A DNA stretch of 64,000 nucleotides from Alphaproteobacteria bacterium (GCA_021296325.1 JAGWAR010000001.1:151159-215158); one strand, 5' to 3'; positions 40,443-51,208 are shown, counted from the first letter of the stretch. Notes: generated by a model from the letters alone, not told the origin. Translations and numbers: made by a program.

Positions 40443-41298
40443 CACCATTTTTGCCGACCGTCCCGACGCCGCGCCCCGGGAAGCGGGCTTGCAGATCATT
40501 GCGATAGCGAATCAAAAAGGCGGGGTCGGAAAAACGACGACGGCCATCAACCTGGCCACGGGGCTTGCCGCAACTGGCAAGCGGGTCTGCGTGCTGGACC
40601 TCGATCCCCAGGGAAATGCCAGCACGGGATTGGGAATTGGCATGGAATTACGGGAGGTTACCTCCTATGACGTGCTGGCCGGCCAGTCCTCCGCCAAGGC
40701 CGCCATGGTGCCCACCCGGATCCCTGGATTGTGGGTTATTCCGGCTTCCGTAGATCTTTCCGGAGCCGAAATAGAATTGGTCGACGCCGAAAAGCGGGAA
40801 TATTTGCTGCACGGGGCGCTGCGGAATCGCCTCGACGCCATCGACTACGTGCTGATCGACTGCCCACCCGGCCTCGGCCTTCTGAGCCTCAACGCCCTGG
40901 TGGCGGCGGACGCCGTGCTGGTGCCGCTGCAATGCGAGTTTCTGGCGCTGGAGGGGTTGAGCCATCTCATCAAGACGATCGAACGCATCCGCCGCGCGCT
41001 GAATCCGAAGCTGAAACTGATGGGCGTCGTGCTCACCATGTTCGATCAGCGCAACATCCTGAGCAAATCCGTCGCCTCCGACGTGCGCGCCTATTTCGGA
41101 GAGGTCGTTTACGACACGATCATCCCGCGCAACGTCCGGGTTTCGGAAGCGCCGTCCCACGGCCTGCCCGTCCTGCTTTACGACCACCGTTCGACCGGCG
41201 CCCAGGCCTATATCCGGCTTGCCCGTGAAATCCTTCGCCGGGAACGCAGTGACGCAGTTGATCGGAAACCGGAAGAAGAAATGGAGGCACTTGGATGA
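40432..41298 (+). CDS. parA: Chromosome partitioning ATPase ParA
   Basis: 288 aa with the deviant Walker A KGGVGKTTT. Confidence 0.95.
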   Translation: MSHDTIFADRPDAAPREAGLQIIAIANQKGGVGKTTTAINLATGLAATGKRVCVLDLDPQGNASTGLGIGMELREVTSYDVLAGQSSAKAAMVPTRIPGLWVIPASVDLSGAEIELVDAEKREYLLHGALRNRLDAIDYVLIDCPPGLGLLSLNALVAADAVLVPLQCEFLALEGLSHLIKTIERIRRALNPKLKLMGVVLTMFDQRNILSKSVASDVRAYFGEVVYDTIIPRNVRVSEAPSHGLPVLLYDHRSTGAQAYIRLAREILRRERSDAVDRKPEEEMEALG

Positions 41299-42203
41299 CG
41301 GAGGACGGAAAGCGCCGCGGGCTTGGGCGTGGGCTTGCGTCATTGCTGGGAGAAGAAGCGGAAGATTACGCCTCCCTCGACCGGGTGCGTCAGGGCAAAA
41401 CGATCTCTCTCGATTTGTTGCGTCCCGGCCGCCACCAGCCGCGCCACCGTTTCGATGAAACGGCGATCGACGCGCTCGCCCAATCCATTCGCGAGAAGGG
41501 AATCCTGCAGCCCATTCTCGTGCGCCGGATCGACGACGGCGATCATTACGAAATCATTGCCGGCGAACGGCGCTGGCGGGCCGCCCAGATCGCCGGCCTG
41601 CACGAAGTGCCCGTCCTTGTCCGCAACCTGACGGACAGCGACGCGCTTGAGATCGCGCTTGTCGAAAACGTTCAACGCCAGGACCTCACGCCGTTGGAAG
41701 AAGCGGAAGGCTATCAGCGCCTGATCGATGAGTTTGCGCACACCCAGGAAGACCTCTCGAAAGCGGTCGGCAAAAGCAGAAGCCACATTGCCAACATGCT
41801 GCGCCTTTTGAACCTGCCACCGAAGATTCGGGAAATGCTGGAAAGCGGCGAGTTGAGCGCCGGGCACGGCCGCGCCATCCTTAACGCGACAAACATGGAA
41901 AGCCTTGCCAAGGAGGTCGTGCGAAAGGGGTTGAACGTGCGGCAAACGGAAGCGTTGGTTCGCCGTCAGCAAAAAGGCGAAACAACGGCAAGACCAGTGC
42001 CGATCACCAAGGACGCGGACACGCTGGCGCTGGAGCGCGATCTTTCCGCGCTATTGGGGTTGCGCGTCACCGTGCGCTTTCACGGCAAGAAGGGGGGCGA
42101 GTTGATCGTGCACTACCAGACGCTCGAACAGCTCGATGACGTCTTGCGCCGCTTGAGTCACCCGTCTTCGGATGGGCATGGGATGAAAGATTCGGACAGT
42201 TAG
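41295..42203 (+). CDS. parB: Chromosome partitioning protein ParB
   Basis: 302 aa with a ParB box (GERRWRAA) and HTH. Its start overlaps the parA stop. Confidence 0.95.
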   Translation: MTEDGKRRGLGRGLASLLGEEAEDYASLDRVRQGKTISLDLLRPGRHQPRHRFDETAIDALAQSIREKGILQPILVRRIDDGDHYEIIAGERRWRAAQIAGLHEVPVLVRNLTDSDALEIALVENVQRQDLTPLEEAEGYQRLIDEFAHTQEDLSKAVGKSRSHIANMLRLLNLPPKIREMLESGELSAGHGRAILNATNMESLAKEVVRKGLNVRQTEALVRRQQKGETTARPVPITKDADTLALERDLSALLGLRVTVRFHGKKGGELIVHYQTLEQLDDVLRRLSHPSSDGHGMKDSDS

Positions 42204-43219
42204 CCTTCCTTGCCGCTGCGCGTGGCGAGTTCAAGCAACGTACGATCACAAATGGCTTTCGCTGGCAGGCCGCTCGATTTGCAGGCCACTTCGCGTTCGG
42301 CCAAAAGCGCGAGCGCCCGGCCGAGGGCGGGCAGCGACCAGCGCCCCGCCTGTTCGCGAAAAGCCGGCACGCGCTTGAAAAACACTTGTGGTTTCAATGT
42401 CTTCAGAGCCTCGCCCGGATTCTCGCCCCGGTCCATGTGGCTGCGCACGAGGTGCAGCCTCAAAAAATGGTGGCTGGTCGCACGCAGGATGGCGACCGGG
42501 GACGAGCCTTCCAGGTGCACGCGTTCCAGCGCCTCTTCAAGCGAGGACCGCGCCCCCTGGCCGACCGCGAAGGCAATATCTTCCAGCGTAAGCGTCGAGC
42601 TGTCGCCGATTGATTCGACAACGTCGGTCAACGTCACCCGTTCGTTGCCTTCGACGTAGAGTTTCAGCTTTTCAAGCTCGCGGCGCGTTACCAGCCGGTC
42701 GCCGCCAAGGTGGTTCAGCAGATAGCTTCGCGCGTCCAGGTCGATCTCGAGTGGATGCAACGCCTCCCGGATGATGCGTTCGAGGCCAGCGCCTTCGTCA
42801 CCGTAACAGGGCACGGCAGCCGCTTGTTTGTCGTCTTCGAAGAGGCGGCGAAGCGTGGAGCGCGGGCCAAGCTCGTCCGCGCCGAGCAGCAGCAACGCCT
42901 CGCCCTTTGGCTCGGCCAGGAAATCACGCAGGGAAGGTGTCAACGCATCGCTCGCCGAAAGGATGCGAACGACACGCCGCCCTCCGGTAAGGGCCAAGGC
43001 GGAGGCTTCTTCGACCAGACGCGCCGGATCCTTCCGGATGTCGGCGGCCTGAAGCTCGCTCAGGCAAAACGGATCGTCCGGGTCTTCCAGAACGGCGGCG
43101 ATCAGGCTTGCAAGGCGTTCGTGCACCTGGCCCGCGTCCCGTCCGTAAACCAGAACGGCGCGCGTTTCCGGATCGGGAGACTGTAGAAAGGAATCGATTT
43201 GTCTCGGCGCGATTTTCAT
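42200..43219 (-). CDS. holA: DNA polymerase III delta subunit
   Basis: 339 aa. Convergent with parB, overlapping by 4 nt. Conserved in the leuS-lptE-holA cluster. Confidence 0.85.
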   Translation of the reverse strand: MKIAPRQIDSFLQSPDPETRAVLVYGRDAGQVHERLASLIAAVLEDPDDPFCLSELQAADIRKDPARLVEEASALALTGGRRVVRILSASDALTPSLRDFLAEPKGEALLLLGADELGPRSTLRRLFEDDKQAAAVPCYGDEGAGLERIIREALHPLEIDLDARSYLLNHLGGDRLVTRRELEKLKLYVEGNERVTLTDVVESIGDSSTLTLEDIAFAVGQGARSSLEEALERVHLEGSSPVAILRATSHHFLRLHLVRSHMDRGENPGEALKTLKPQVFFKRVPAFREQAGRWSLPALGRALALLAEREVACKSSGLPAKAICDRTLLELATRSGKEG

Positions 43220-43228
43220 TACACGCGT

Positions 43229-43747
43229 CTACGGCGCCATGGAATTCTGGCGGCTCAAATGAATGGCGAGGCTTGTCTTTATGTTGTCGCTTATTTTCTG
43301 AATGAGGCGCGATCGAATGTCCTGCTCGGCAGCCAGCGTTGCAAAATCGGACTCAAGAATATTGTAACTTCCCACGGTTTTTTTCTCGGAGCGGAAAACG
43401 GGCTGCCGCGTCGTGCTGTCGTAGAGCGTATATTTCACGTGCAGGCGCAAATTTGCACGCGTCGCCGTTTCGTCCTTGCGGATGCCGAGTTCCTGAATGT
43501 TTTCGGTCGCCGCAACGCGCAACAGATAGCGCGGCCGGGACGGCACGCCCATCGGTGTCAGGCGATCGAGGAGGGCGTTCCGAAATTCCTGGCCGAGGCG
43601 GTCCGGGATCGGTTCGATCTTGATCAGCGCGAGCTCGCTGTCGGCACCGCTGGCTGCGCTTCCTCCATGTCCGTGAAGCGGGCGAAAGCCGCACGCCGCC
43701 AAACTCAACAGCGTCGCAACCAGAACGGCGTTTCTAAAGGACCACAT
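43229..43747 (-). CDS. lptE: LPS-assembly lipoprotein LptE
   Basis: 172 aa with a lipobox LAACG. Sits immediately downstream of and overlapping leuS, as in most Proteobacteria. Confidence 0.8.
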   Translation of the reverse strand: MWSFRNAVLVATLLSLAACGFRPLHGHGGSAASGADSELALIKIEPIPDRLGQEFRNALLDRLTPMGVPSRPRYLLRVAATENIQELGIRKDETATRANLRLHVKYTLYDSTTRQPVFRSEKKTVGSYNILESDFATLAAEQDIRSRLIQKISDNIKTSLAIHLSRQNSMAP

Positions 43748-46307
43748 TGATCACCCGATTCGGGACGACGACGACGCGGCGGACCGGTTTTTCCTTGCAG
43801 AGCTTGGCCACGGCAGGCAGGGCCAAGGCCGCCGCCTCGGCGTCCGCCTGGACGGCGTCTCGCGGCAGCTCGACGGTTCCGCGAAGCTTGCCATTGACCT
43901 GCACGGCGATGGTCAGCGTCGCGTCCACAATAAGCCCTGGATCGGCCTCGGGCCAAGGCGTGTCGGCAAGAAGCGTTCCATGGCCGAGGGTCTCCCAGAG
44001 TTCCTCGGCAAGGTGGGGGGTCATCGGATGGACGAGGCGGGTGACCGTCTCGAGCCCTTCCCGCAGGACCCAGGCGCCGTCCGCGCCGTCCGCGCCGTCC
44101 AGTTCGGCCAGCGTGTTCGTGAGCTCGCGGATGCGGGCGATCGCCCGGTTGAAGTGAAACCGCTCCAGATCCTGGGTGACGGCGGCGACCGCCTTGTGGG
44201 TCGCCTGATGGGCCGCCATTGCCCGTTCGCCGAGGGTGGCGGGTTGTGTTGTACCGGCCGGCGGCAGCGCCATGGGCGGTTCCGTCACCAGCCGCCACAA
44301 CCGGTTGGCATAACGCCACGCCCCTTCGATCCCGGCTTCCGTCCATTCGAGGTCGCGGTCCGGGGGGCTGTCCGACAGCATGAACAGACGCGCCGTGTCC
44401 GCGCCATAGGCTTGGATGATCGCTTCCGGATCGACGGTGTTCTTCTTCGACTTGCTCATTTTTTCGAGGCGGCCGACCGTGACCGGCTTGTCCGTCGCGG
44501 CGGTGACGACGTTGTTTCCTTTCCGCTGCACCTCGTTGAGGTGGAGCCAGCCCCCTTTTTCGTCGCGATAAGTTTCGTGGGTCACCATGCCCTGGGTCAG
44601 AAGCCCGGCGAAAGGTTCGGCCAAGTCGAGGTAGCCGCAATCGCGCAGCGCCCGGGTGAAAAAACGCGAGTACAGCAGATGCAGGACGGCATGTTCAATG
44701 CCACCGATATATTGATCGACCGGCATCCAATACTTGGTTGCCTTCGCATCGAAGGCGGCCTGGTCCAGATGCGGCGAACAGAATCTGAGGAAGTACCAGG
44801 ACGATTCGAAAAACGTATCGAAGGTATCCGTTTCGCGTTGCGCCGGTTGTTTGCAGGTTGGGCAGTCCACCTGCTTCCAGGTGGGATGGTGGTCGAGCGG
44901 ATTGCCGGGCTTTTCGAAACGAACGTCCTCGGGCAGTTCCACCGGCAGCTCCTTTTCCGGCACCGGGACGATGCCGCACGCCCCGCAATGAACAACGGGA
45001 ATGGGACATCCCCAATAACGCTGTCGGGAAACGCCCCAGTCGCGCAAGCGGTAGGCAGTTTCGCGTTTGCCAAGGCCTGCCTTTTCGAAGGCGTCCGCAA
45101 CCTTGTGCTTCGCTTCCTCGACGCCAAGACCGTCGAGAAAATCCGAATCGATCAGCGTGCCGTCTTCCGTATAGGGGGCCGTGTCGATCGGGGACGCATC
45201 GCCGTCGGGGCCGGCGACGACGCGGCGGATGGGCAGGTCGTATTTGCGGGCGAAGTCGAAGTCGCGCTGGTCGTGGGCCGGGCAGCCGAAGATGGCGCCG
45301 CTGCCATATTCCATGAGCACGAAATTGGCGACATAAACGGGAAGCGTGCGGCCCTTCACGAAGGGATGCTCGGCGACAAGCCCGGTGTCGTGACCCTTTT
45401 TTTCGGCGGTTTCGATGGCTTCTTCGCTTAGGCCTTGCCGGTTGCAGGCTTGGATGAAGGCGTCGAGTTCGGCGTCTTTTCTGGCCAGTTCGCCGGCCAG
45501 CGGATGATTCGGCGCCAGCGCCAGGAAGGCCGCGCCAAAAATCGTGTCGGCACGGGTCGTATAGACCTCGACTTCGCCGCCAGCGCCCCCCCCGGCGTGC
45601 TTTAGCGGAAAACGCAGGCGCATGCCTTCCGATTTACCGATCCAGTTTTCCTGCATGAGGCGCACGCGCTCGGGCCAGCGGTCGAGCCCTTCCAGCGCCC
45701 CGATCAGTTCTTCGGCGTAAGCCGTGATCTTCAGGAACCACTGGGAAAGTTTCTTGCGTTCGACCGGCGCGCCGGAACGCCAGCCACAACCGTCGATGAC
45801 CTGTTCGTTCGCCAGCACCGTCTGATCGACGGGGTCCCAGTTCACCCAGGACTCCTTACGATAGACGAGACCCTTTTTTAGGAAATCGAGAAACATCTTT
45901 TGTTCGTGGCGGTAGTAGTCCGGCGAACAGGACGCCACTTCGCGCGACCAGTCGTAGGACAGGCCCATTGCCTTCAGCTGGTCGCGCATGTGCGAAATGT
46001 TTTTCCACGTCCACTCGGCGGGGTGGGTCTTGTTTTCGATCGCCGCGTTTTCCGCCGGCATACCGAACGCATCCCACCCCATCGGGTGCAGCACGTTATA
46101 GCCTTGTGCGCGCTTGAACCGGGCGACAACGTCGCCAAGCGTGTAGTTGCGCACGTGCCCCATATGGATGCGGCCCGAAGGATAGGGAAACATTTCAAGT
46201 ACGTAGTATTTCTTGCGGCCTTCTACTTCCTTCACCGCAAAGGTTTGCCGCTCGGCCCAGATTGCCTGCCACTTCTGTTCGGCTTTTCGAAAGTTGTAGC
46301 GCGACAT
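43734..46307 (-). CDS. leuS: Leucyl-tRNA synthetase
   Basis: About 857 aa with HMGH and KMSKS motifs. The ATG at 46307 (MSRYNF) is preferred. The track ORF starts further upstream. Confidence 0.95.
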   Translation of the reverse strand: MSRYNFRKAEQKWQAIWAERQTFAVKEVEGRKKYYVLEMFPYPSGRIHMGHVRNYTLGDVVARFKRAQGYNVLHPMGWDAFGMPAENAAIENKTHPAEWTWKNISHMRDQLKAMGLSYDWSREVASCSPDYYRHEQKMFLDFLKKGLVYRKESWVNWDPVDQTVLANEQVIDGCGWRSGAPVERKKLSQWFLKITAYAEELIGALEGLDRWPERVRLMQENWIGKSEGMRLRFPLKHAGGGAGGEVEVYTTRADTIFGAAFLALAPNHPLAGELARKDAELDAFIQACNRQGLSEEAIETAEKKGHDTGLVAEHPFVKGRTLPVYVANFVLMEYGSGAIFGCPAHDQRDFDFARKYDLPIRRVVAGPDGDASPIDTAPYTEDGTLIDSDFLDGLGVEEAKHKVADAFEKAGLGKRETAYRLRDWGVSRQRYWGCPIPVVHCGACGIVPVPEKELPVELPEDVRFEKPGNPLDHHPTWKQVDCPTCKQPAQRETDTFDTFFESSWYFLRFCSPHLDQAAFDAKATKYWMPVDQYIGGIEHAVLHLLYSRFFTRALRDCGYLDLAEPFAGLLTQGMVTHETYRDEKGGWLHLNEVQRKGNNVVTAATDKPVTVGRLEKMSKSKKNTVDPEAIIQAYGADTARLFMLSDSPPDRDLEWTEAGIEGAWRYANRLWRLVTEPPMALPPAGTTQPATLGERAMAAHQATHKAVAAVTQDLERFHFNRAIARIRELTNTLAELDGADGADGAWVLREGLETVTRLVHPMTPHLAEELWETLGHGTLLADTPWPEADPGLIVDATLTIAVQVNGKLRGTVELPRDAVQADAEAAALALPAVAKLCKEKPVRRVVVVPNRVINVVL

Positions 46308-46376
46308 GGCTGGCATTGTTCCCTGCCTTGGGTGCCGTCGCAAGGCCCGCTAGGGGAAGGGGCGTTTATCCCGGCG

Positions 46377-46877
46377 CTATTCGGCGGTTTGGTTGATCCG
46401 TAACTGACGCGCCCGGGTAAGAATGTTGTCTTCAAGCTCGATGACGGTCTTTGGCTCCACTTCCGCATCCGCCCAGACACCGTCGGCTTGGCGCACTTGG
46501 CGGAAGGCGGCAACCCGAAGACCGTCCGCGCGAAGCTCGCGGCCCAGGATGTACACGGTGAGCTTGAAGCGTTCGCCCGGCGATTCGGGCGGCGCGTACC
46601 AGTCCGTGATGATGATTCCGCCGAAGGGATCGGCGGAAGCCAGCGGCATGAAGGAAGTCGTGTCGAGGGCGGCGCGCCACAAATAGGCATTGATGCCGGC
46701 GTTGGTCACGCCGGCGGTTCCGGTCCCAAGGGCCGCCGTCGAATCGCTTGCACGGGAGGTTTTTTTCCGGTCCGGCAAGGCGGGGTTCTGGCTCCAGATC
46801 CCCTCGACGATCGAGCAACCCCCCACCAGACCGGCCAGCAAAAGGGCCACGAAACTTCGCTTCCAGCTTTGCATCAT
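46377..46877 (-). CDS. DUF3576-like periplasmic lipoprotein
   Basis: 166 aa with a lipobox LVGGCS. Confidence 0.6.
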   Translation of the reverse strand: MMQSWKRSFVALLLAGLVGGCSIVEGIWSQNPALPDRKKTSRASDSTAALGTGTAGVTNAGINAYLWRAALDTTSFMPLASADPFGGIIITDWYAPPESPGERFKLTVYILGRELRADGLRVAAFRQVRQADGVWADAEVEPKTVIELEDNILTRARQLRINQTAE

Positions 46878-46941
46878 TTGGCCGGAGTATGCCCGAATTG
46901 TTTGGCCGACTTCCAGCGGAAACTTAGAGAAACCGGGGCTT

Positions 46942-47523
46942 TTAAAGGATCAAGGGGACCGCGTCGCCAAGGGCGGAGACGGCGGCGATGCCGACGGCGC
47001 CGGAATCGCGAAGGCGACGGGCTGCTAGAGCGTCAATGCCGCCAAGCCCATAGACCGGCAAATGGGCCTGGTGGGCGAGACGCGCAAAGCGCACGATTCC
47101 AAGCGGGCACGCCCCGGGATGGCTTTTCGTCGGAAAAAGGGGCGCCAGCAGCACCGCGTCCGCCCCGGCCGCCTCGGCATGGTGAAGAGCGGCTTCGGAG
47201 TGGGCCGCCGCCGTGATGAGCCAGTCCGGCCGCCGCCGCCGCCAACCGTAACCGACGCTGATCTGCCCGCGTGCCAGCCATTCCGGCAGATGCAGCCCGT
47301 CGGCGCCAACCGCCGCGGCGAGGCGGCCATCGCCTGCGATCAGCAGACGTAGCCCGCGCGCGCGGCAAAGCGTCGCCAGGCGCCGGGCAAGGAGGTGCCG
47401 GTTCGCCGCGTCGTAGTGGCGAAGAATGACCAGGCTTCCCCGCGGCAAGGCAAAAACGGCCGGTTCCGGGTCCGGGAAGCGCGCCGCATCCGTAAGATGG
47501 ATGAGTGGCGGCAGTTTTTTCAC
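46942..47523 (-). CDS. Thiamine-phosphate synthase family protein (ThiE/TenI-like)
   Basis: About 194 aa from a GTG at 47523 (MKKLPPLIHLTD), with a TIM-barrel ThiE-like C-terminus (GADGLHL, GLGGI). The track ORF has an unsupported 95-aa N-extension. Confidence 0.7.
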   Translation of the reverse strand: MKKLPPLIHLTDAARFPDPEPAVFALPRGSLVILRHYDAANRHLLARRLATLCRARGLRLLIAGDGRLAAAVGADGLHLPEWLARGQISVGYGWRRRRPDWLITAAAHSEAALHHAEAAGADAVLLAPLFPTKSHPGACPLGIVRFARLAHQAHLPVYGLGGIDALAARRLRDSGAVGIAAVSALGDAVPLIL

Positions 47524-47644
47524 GTTCCGCCGTGCCGGCCTTGGGTGAAAAACGCCGGGACGAAGGAGGGTCAAGCGATTCGGTGGAATCCCCGGCACGA
47601 CCTTTCTATCCTCGAAAGACGAAACAATCCACGAAGGTGCCACG

Positions 47645-48352
47645 ATGGCGAACGATCTGCAAAGCAGCCCAAACGATCCGCCGGCGGCGGTCGGGGAAAA
47701 AATCCTCGCCCTTCGCGCCGAGGTGGAAATCGCCGCCAGCAGGCTTCGCCTGGCGAAAGCCCCCCCCGTTCTTGTCGCGGTAACAAAGAAGGTGCCGGAA
47801 GCGGCCATTCGCGAGGCCCTGGAAACCGGCCAACGCGTCTTTGGGGAAAACCGCGTCCAGGAAGCGGCGGAAAAATGGCCGGCGCTGCGCGATGCCTATC
47901 CCGATATCGAGCTTCACCTCATCGGCCCGCTGCAGACGAACAAGGTGAAGCAGGCCATCGGTCTCTTCGACGTGATCGAAACCCTCGACCGGCCAAAGCT
48001 TGCGAAGGCCCTTGCCAGGGAGCGGAACGACGGCGCCCGCCTGCCCCGGCTGTTCGTCCAGGTGAACACCGGCGAGGAAGCACAGAAAGCGGGCGTCTTG
48101 CCCGCCGAAACCGGGGCCTTCCTTGCCCTTTGCCGGAACGAGCTGGGCCTGGTTCCCGAAGGCCTCATGTGCGTTCCGCCGGTGGAGGAAGAAGCGGCGC
48201 TGCACTTTGCCCTGCTTCACGAAATCGCGCGGGCGAACGCGCTGGAGGGGCTTAGCATGGGGATGAGCGGCGATTACGAAACGGCCCTCAATTTCGGCGC
48301 GAGTCACGTGCGGCTCGGAACGGCGATCTTCGGCCCGCGAGGCGAAGCTTAA
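47645..48352 (+). CDS. yggS: YggS family pyridoxal-phosphate homeostasis protein
   Basis: 235 aa with the PLP lysine in VAVTKK. Alanine-racemase-like N-terminal barrel. Confidence 0.9.
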   Translation: MANDLQSSPNDPPAAVGEKILALRAEVEIAASRLRLAKAPPVLVAVTKKVPEAAIREALETGQRVFGENRVQEAAEKWPALRDAYPDIELHLIGPLQTNKVKQAIGLFDVIETLDRPKLAKALARERNDGARLPRLFVQVNTGEEAQKAGVLPAETGAFLALCRNELGLVPEGLMCVPPVEEEAALHFALLHEIARANALEGLSMGMSGDYETALNFGASHVRLGTAIFGPRGEA

Positions 48353-48861
48353 GGCGCGTCTGAAGAAATCCTGAGTTTCGAACTTTCGCTCGCCTCACGA
48401 AGAATTCTTTGCAAATCCTCCGAAGCGAGCGCGACGCAGCCTTCCGTGGGCGCGTAGTCGCCCGTTGCCAGGTGAACGAAAATAGCGCTGCCCTTGCCGG
48501 GCAAAACGGGAACGTCGTTAAAACCCGGAACCAGCAAGAGGTCGTACAGCGCATCCTCGCGCCACAGGTGTTCCGCGCTTGCCTCGAAAGGAAAAGTAAC
48601 GGGCCGGTTGTAATCGGCGTGTTCCGGCGCGTCGCACCAGCCGTCCTCGGTGCGGATAGCCGCCAGGGGCAAACGGGTTTCCGGTTCGGCCAGGCGGTCG
48701 GCCCGGTAAAGGACGCGCCGAAAGGCAAAGACGCCTTCCGGGGTGGCGCCGTCGCCCTCGCGCTTTTCCGGCCGGATGCCGGCGCGACCGAGCGCGCAGC
48801 GAAACTGCAAATCCCCCCACCGGGCGGTGCCATTCGCAAAGACGAAAAGGTCCATCGCCAA
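48349..48861 (-). CDS. L,D-transpeptidase catalytic-domain family protein (small, cytoplasmic-type)
   Basis: 170 aa with a YkuD-like catalytic His...Cys region (IFVHLATGDYAPTEGCVAL). Confidence 0.7.
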   Translation of the reverse strand: MAMDLFVFANGTARWGDLQFRCALGRAGIRPEKREGDGATPEGVFAFRRVLYRADRLAEPETRLPLAAIRTEDGWCDAPEHADYNRPVTFPFEASAEHLWREDALYDLLLVPGFNDVPVLPGKGSAIFVHLATGDYAPTEGCVALASEDLQRILREASESSKLRISSDAP

Positions 48862-48897
48862 GCCTTATAGACGGCCTGGCGTCAACGGACAAAGGCT

Positions 48898-49440
48898 TCA
48901 GGCGTTAAGCCGCAACGACGGCGTATCGGGTAAGGTCAGGTTGTGGCCCTTTTCGTAGGCGTGCAATTGCCGGTCGAAACGGAGGGCGAAGGTCGTGGAG
49001 GCGTCTTCTTCTTTTTCCAGGGCCGATTCCTGCATACCCGCGAGCAGGGCCAGATCAAGCGAACTCCCAAAGCCCGTTTCCGGCGCTTGCCGGGCGGCGA
49101 TGGCAATGGGTTTGGCGTTGTCGTCGGAGAAGTAGGCAAGCACCGTTTCGCCGATGTCCTTGCCGGTGACTGCCTCGAAGGCGGTGTTCACGGCGGACCC
49201 GATCAGGCCGGGGATGCCGGCGAACAGTACGCCGCCGGCAAGCCGGGCGGCGGCGCCGATGTGGTCCCCTGTCCATTCGCGGTAAAGGCTTCCGACCACG
49301 GGCAGGTGCTGCAGCGGATTCACCGCGTCCAGCAAATCGCCGAAACTAAACCCGTCCTTGTCCCAAAGCGAGAAACCACCCTCACCGCGGGCGGAGGCGG
49401 TGGGCGTGGGCAGAGGCGTCGCGGCGACGGGTTCGACCAT
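48898..49440 (-). CDS. Hypothetical protein with no recognisable domain
   Basis: 180-aa ORF with good GC3/codon character. No TM segments or signal peptide. No motif that I can assign. Confidence 0.5.
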   Translation of the reverse strand: MVEPVAATPLPTPTASARGEGGFSLWDKDGFSFGDLLDAVNPLQHLPVVGSLYREWTGDHIGAAARLAGGVLFAGIPGLIGSAVNTAFEAVTGKDIGETVLAYFSDDNAKPIAIAARQAPETGFGSSLDLALLAGMQESALEKEEDASTTFALRFDRQLHAYEKGHNLTLPDTPSLRLNA

Positions 49441-49562
49441 TCGGATATCCCTTCCAGCAGGATTCGAAGCAAGGGCAGTGCCAGAACGAGCGATGAAAAA
49501 CCGGTTCTAGATCACGTGGTTATGGCGCCCGCGTCGGGCGAGCGAGGCATCAAGGCGGTCAC

Positions 49563-49590
49563 GCGGCAAAAAATGCCGCCGCTTTTTTCC
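49563..49590. terminator. GC hairpin plus T-tract (terminator-like or attenuator element) in the response-regulator leader
   Basis: GCGGC-AAAAAAT-GCCGC followed by CGCTTTTTT. It lies between divergent genes and is not downstream of either, so it may mark an sRNA end or a regulatory hairpin. Confidence 0.25.
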
Positions 49591-49675
49591 GCGGGCCTTC
49601 GGGAAAGGGGAAACGTGGTAAGATTGGAAATTCCAGGGTTCGGAGAAGAAAAACCGCCCGCCGGGAGGAGAATCC

Positions 49676-50365
49676 ATGACCAAGCAGCCGGGGAAATGCA
49701 TCCTGGTGATCGAGGATGACTCAAACCTTCGCCAATCCCTGGCCGAACAACTCCGGCTTCACGAGGAGTTCGAGGTCGACGAGGCGGGAGAGGGATCCGA
49801 GGGCCTGGAGATCGTCAAAAAGGGCCATCACGACCTGATCCTTCTGGACGTGCACCTGCCCGACATGGATGGGCGTGAAGTCTGCAAGCTCATTCGCCGG
49901 TCCGGCATTCTGACGCCCATCATCATGTTGACGGGGGCCGACTCGGAAGTGGACACCATCTTTGGTCTCGATTCGGGCGCCAACGACTACGTGACGAAAC
50001 CGTTCAAACTTGGCGTGCTGCTGGCCCGCATCCGTTCGCAGCTTCGCCAGCACGAACAAAGCGAAGACGCCGTCTTTACGATTGGTCCCTACCGTTTTCG
50101 GCCGAGCCTGCGGCAGCTGCAACTGGACGGCAAGGTGATCCGGCTGACGGACAAGGAAGCCGCCATCCTGAAATATCTCTGCCGGGTCGGCGAGCGAGTG
50201 GTAAGCCGCGACGTACTGTTGAGCGAGGTTTGGGGTTACAACGCGGGCGTCACGACGCACACGCTTGAGACCCACATCTACCGGCTTCGCCAGAAGATCG
50301 AACAGGACCCGGCGGACGCCAAGATCCTGGTGACGGAATCCGGCGGCTACCGCCTGAATGCCTGA
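49676..50365 (+). CDS. OmpR/PhoB-family two-component response regulator (orphan)
   Basis: 229 aa with a receiver domain (phospho-acceptor Asp in LILLDVHLPDMDG, conserved T and K) and a C-terminal winged helix. No histidine kinase within about 10 kb. Confidence 0.85.
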   Translation: MTKQPGKCILVIEDDSNLRQSLAEQLRLHEEFEVDEAGEGSEGLEIVKKGHHDLILLDVHLPDMDGREVCKLIRRSGILTPIIMLTGADSEVDTIFGLDSGANDYVTKPFKLGVLLARIRSQLRQHEQSEDAVFTIGPYRFRPSLRQLQLDGKVIRLTDKEAAILKYLCRVGERVVSRDVLLSEVWGYNAGVTTHTLETHIYRLRQKIEQDPADAKILVTESGGYRLNA

Positions 50366-50389
50366 TCGCTGTTTCCGGATCGCGACGCC

Positions 50390-51199
50390 TTAAGCCGTGC
50401 TTGGCCAATCGAAAACGGCCACGACCGGCGCGTGGTCGGAAGGCCGTTCCCAACCCCTTGCCACTTTCAGGATTTCCGCCGAGACGAGACGTTTCTCAAG
50501 GGGCGCCGTCACCCAGATGTGGTCAAGGCGCCGCCCGCGATCCGACCCGGCCCAGTCGCGGGCCCGGTAGCTCCACCAGCTGTATAGCCGCTCGCTTTCC
50601 GGGATGAAACGGCGAACGGCATCGACCCAGCCGGCGCTGGCCCGAACCCGGTTCAGGCGTTCGACTTCTTCGGGCGTGTGGCTCACGACTTTCAGCAATT
50701 GCCGATGCGACCAGACATCCGTCTCGAGCGGCGCGACGTTGAGGTCACCGACCAGGATGGCGGGCCCGGCATCCGCCTGCGGACGGGCGAACCAGTCGGC
50801 CATTTCGTCGAGGAAGGCGAGCTTGTGGGCAAAGGAGGGATTCGTTTCGGGGTCCGGCACGTCGCCGCCGGCCGGCACGTAGAAATTATGAAGCGTAACG
50901 CCGCCGGGCAGGATGGCCGAGGCGTGGCGGCGGTCGTCGCGCGCGGCCCATTCCCGGCCACCGGGGTCGGCGAGGGGAAGGCGGGAGAGAATGGCAACCC
51001 CGTGATAGCCCTTCTGGCCGCGAATGACGGTCTGCGCGTAGCCCTTGTCGCGGAAGAAATCCCGGGGAAAAAGTGCGTCCACCACTTTCGTTTCCTGAAG
51101 GCACAGGACGTCGGGGGCGGCTTCTTCGATCAGGCGTTCGACCAGCGGCAAGCGCAGGCGAACGGAATTGACGTTCCAGCTTGCGATTTTGATCCGCAT
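50390..51199 (-). CDS. xth: Exodeoxyribonuclease III
   Basis: 269 aa with EEP-fold motifs (SWNVNS, LQETK, SDHAPV). Confidence 0.9.
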   Translation of the reverse strand: MRIKIASWNVNSVRLRLPLVERLIEEAAPDVLCLQETKVVDALFPRDFFRDKGYAQTVIRGQKGYHGVAILSRLPLADPGGREWAARDDRRHASAILPGGVTLHNFYVPAGGDVPDPETNPSFAHKLAFLDEMADWFARPQADAGPAILVGDLNVAPLETDVWSHRQLLKVVSHTPEEVERLNRVRASAGWVDAVRRFIPESERLYSWWSYRARDWAGSDRGRRLDHIWVTAPLEKRLVSAEILKVARGWERPSDHAPVVAVFDWPSTA

Positions 51200-51208
51200 G
51201 GGCCCGCC

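Noticed and set aside
49841-50365. The response regulator as CtrA
   Set aside because: It lacks the CtrA-specific receiver and DNA-binding signature residues. The overall similarity is only at the generic OmpR-family level.
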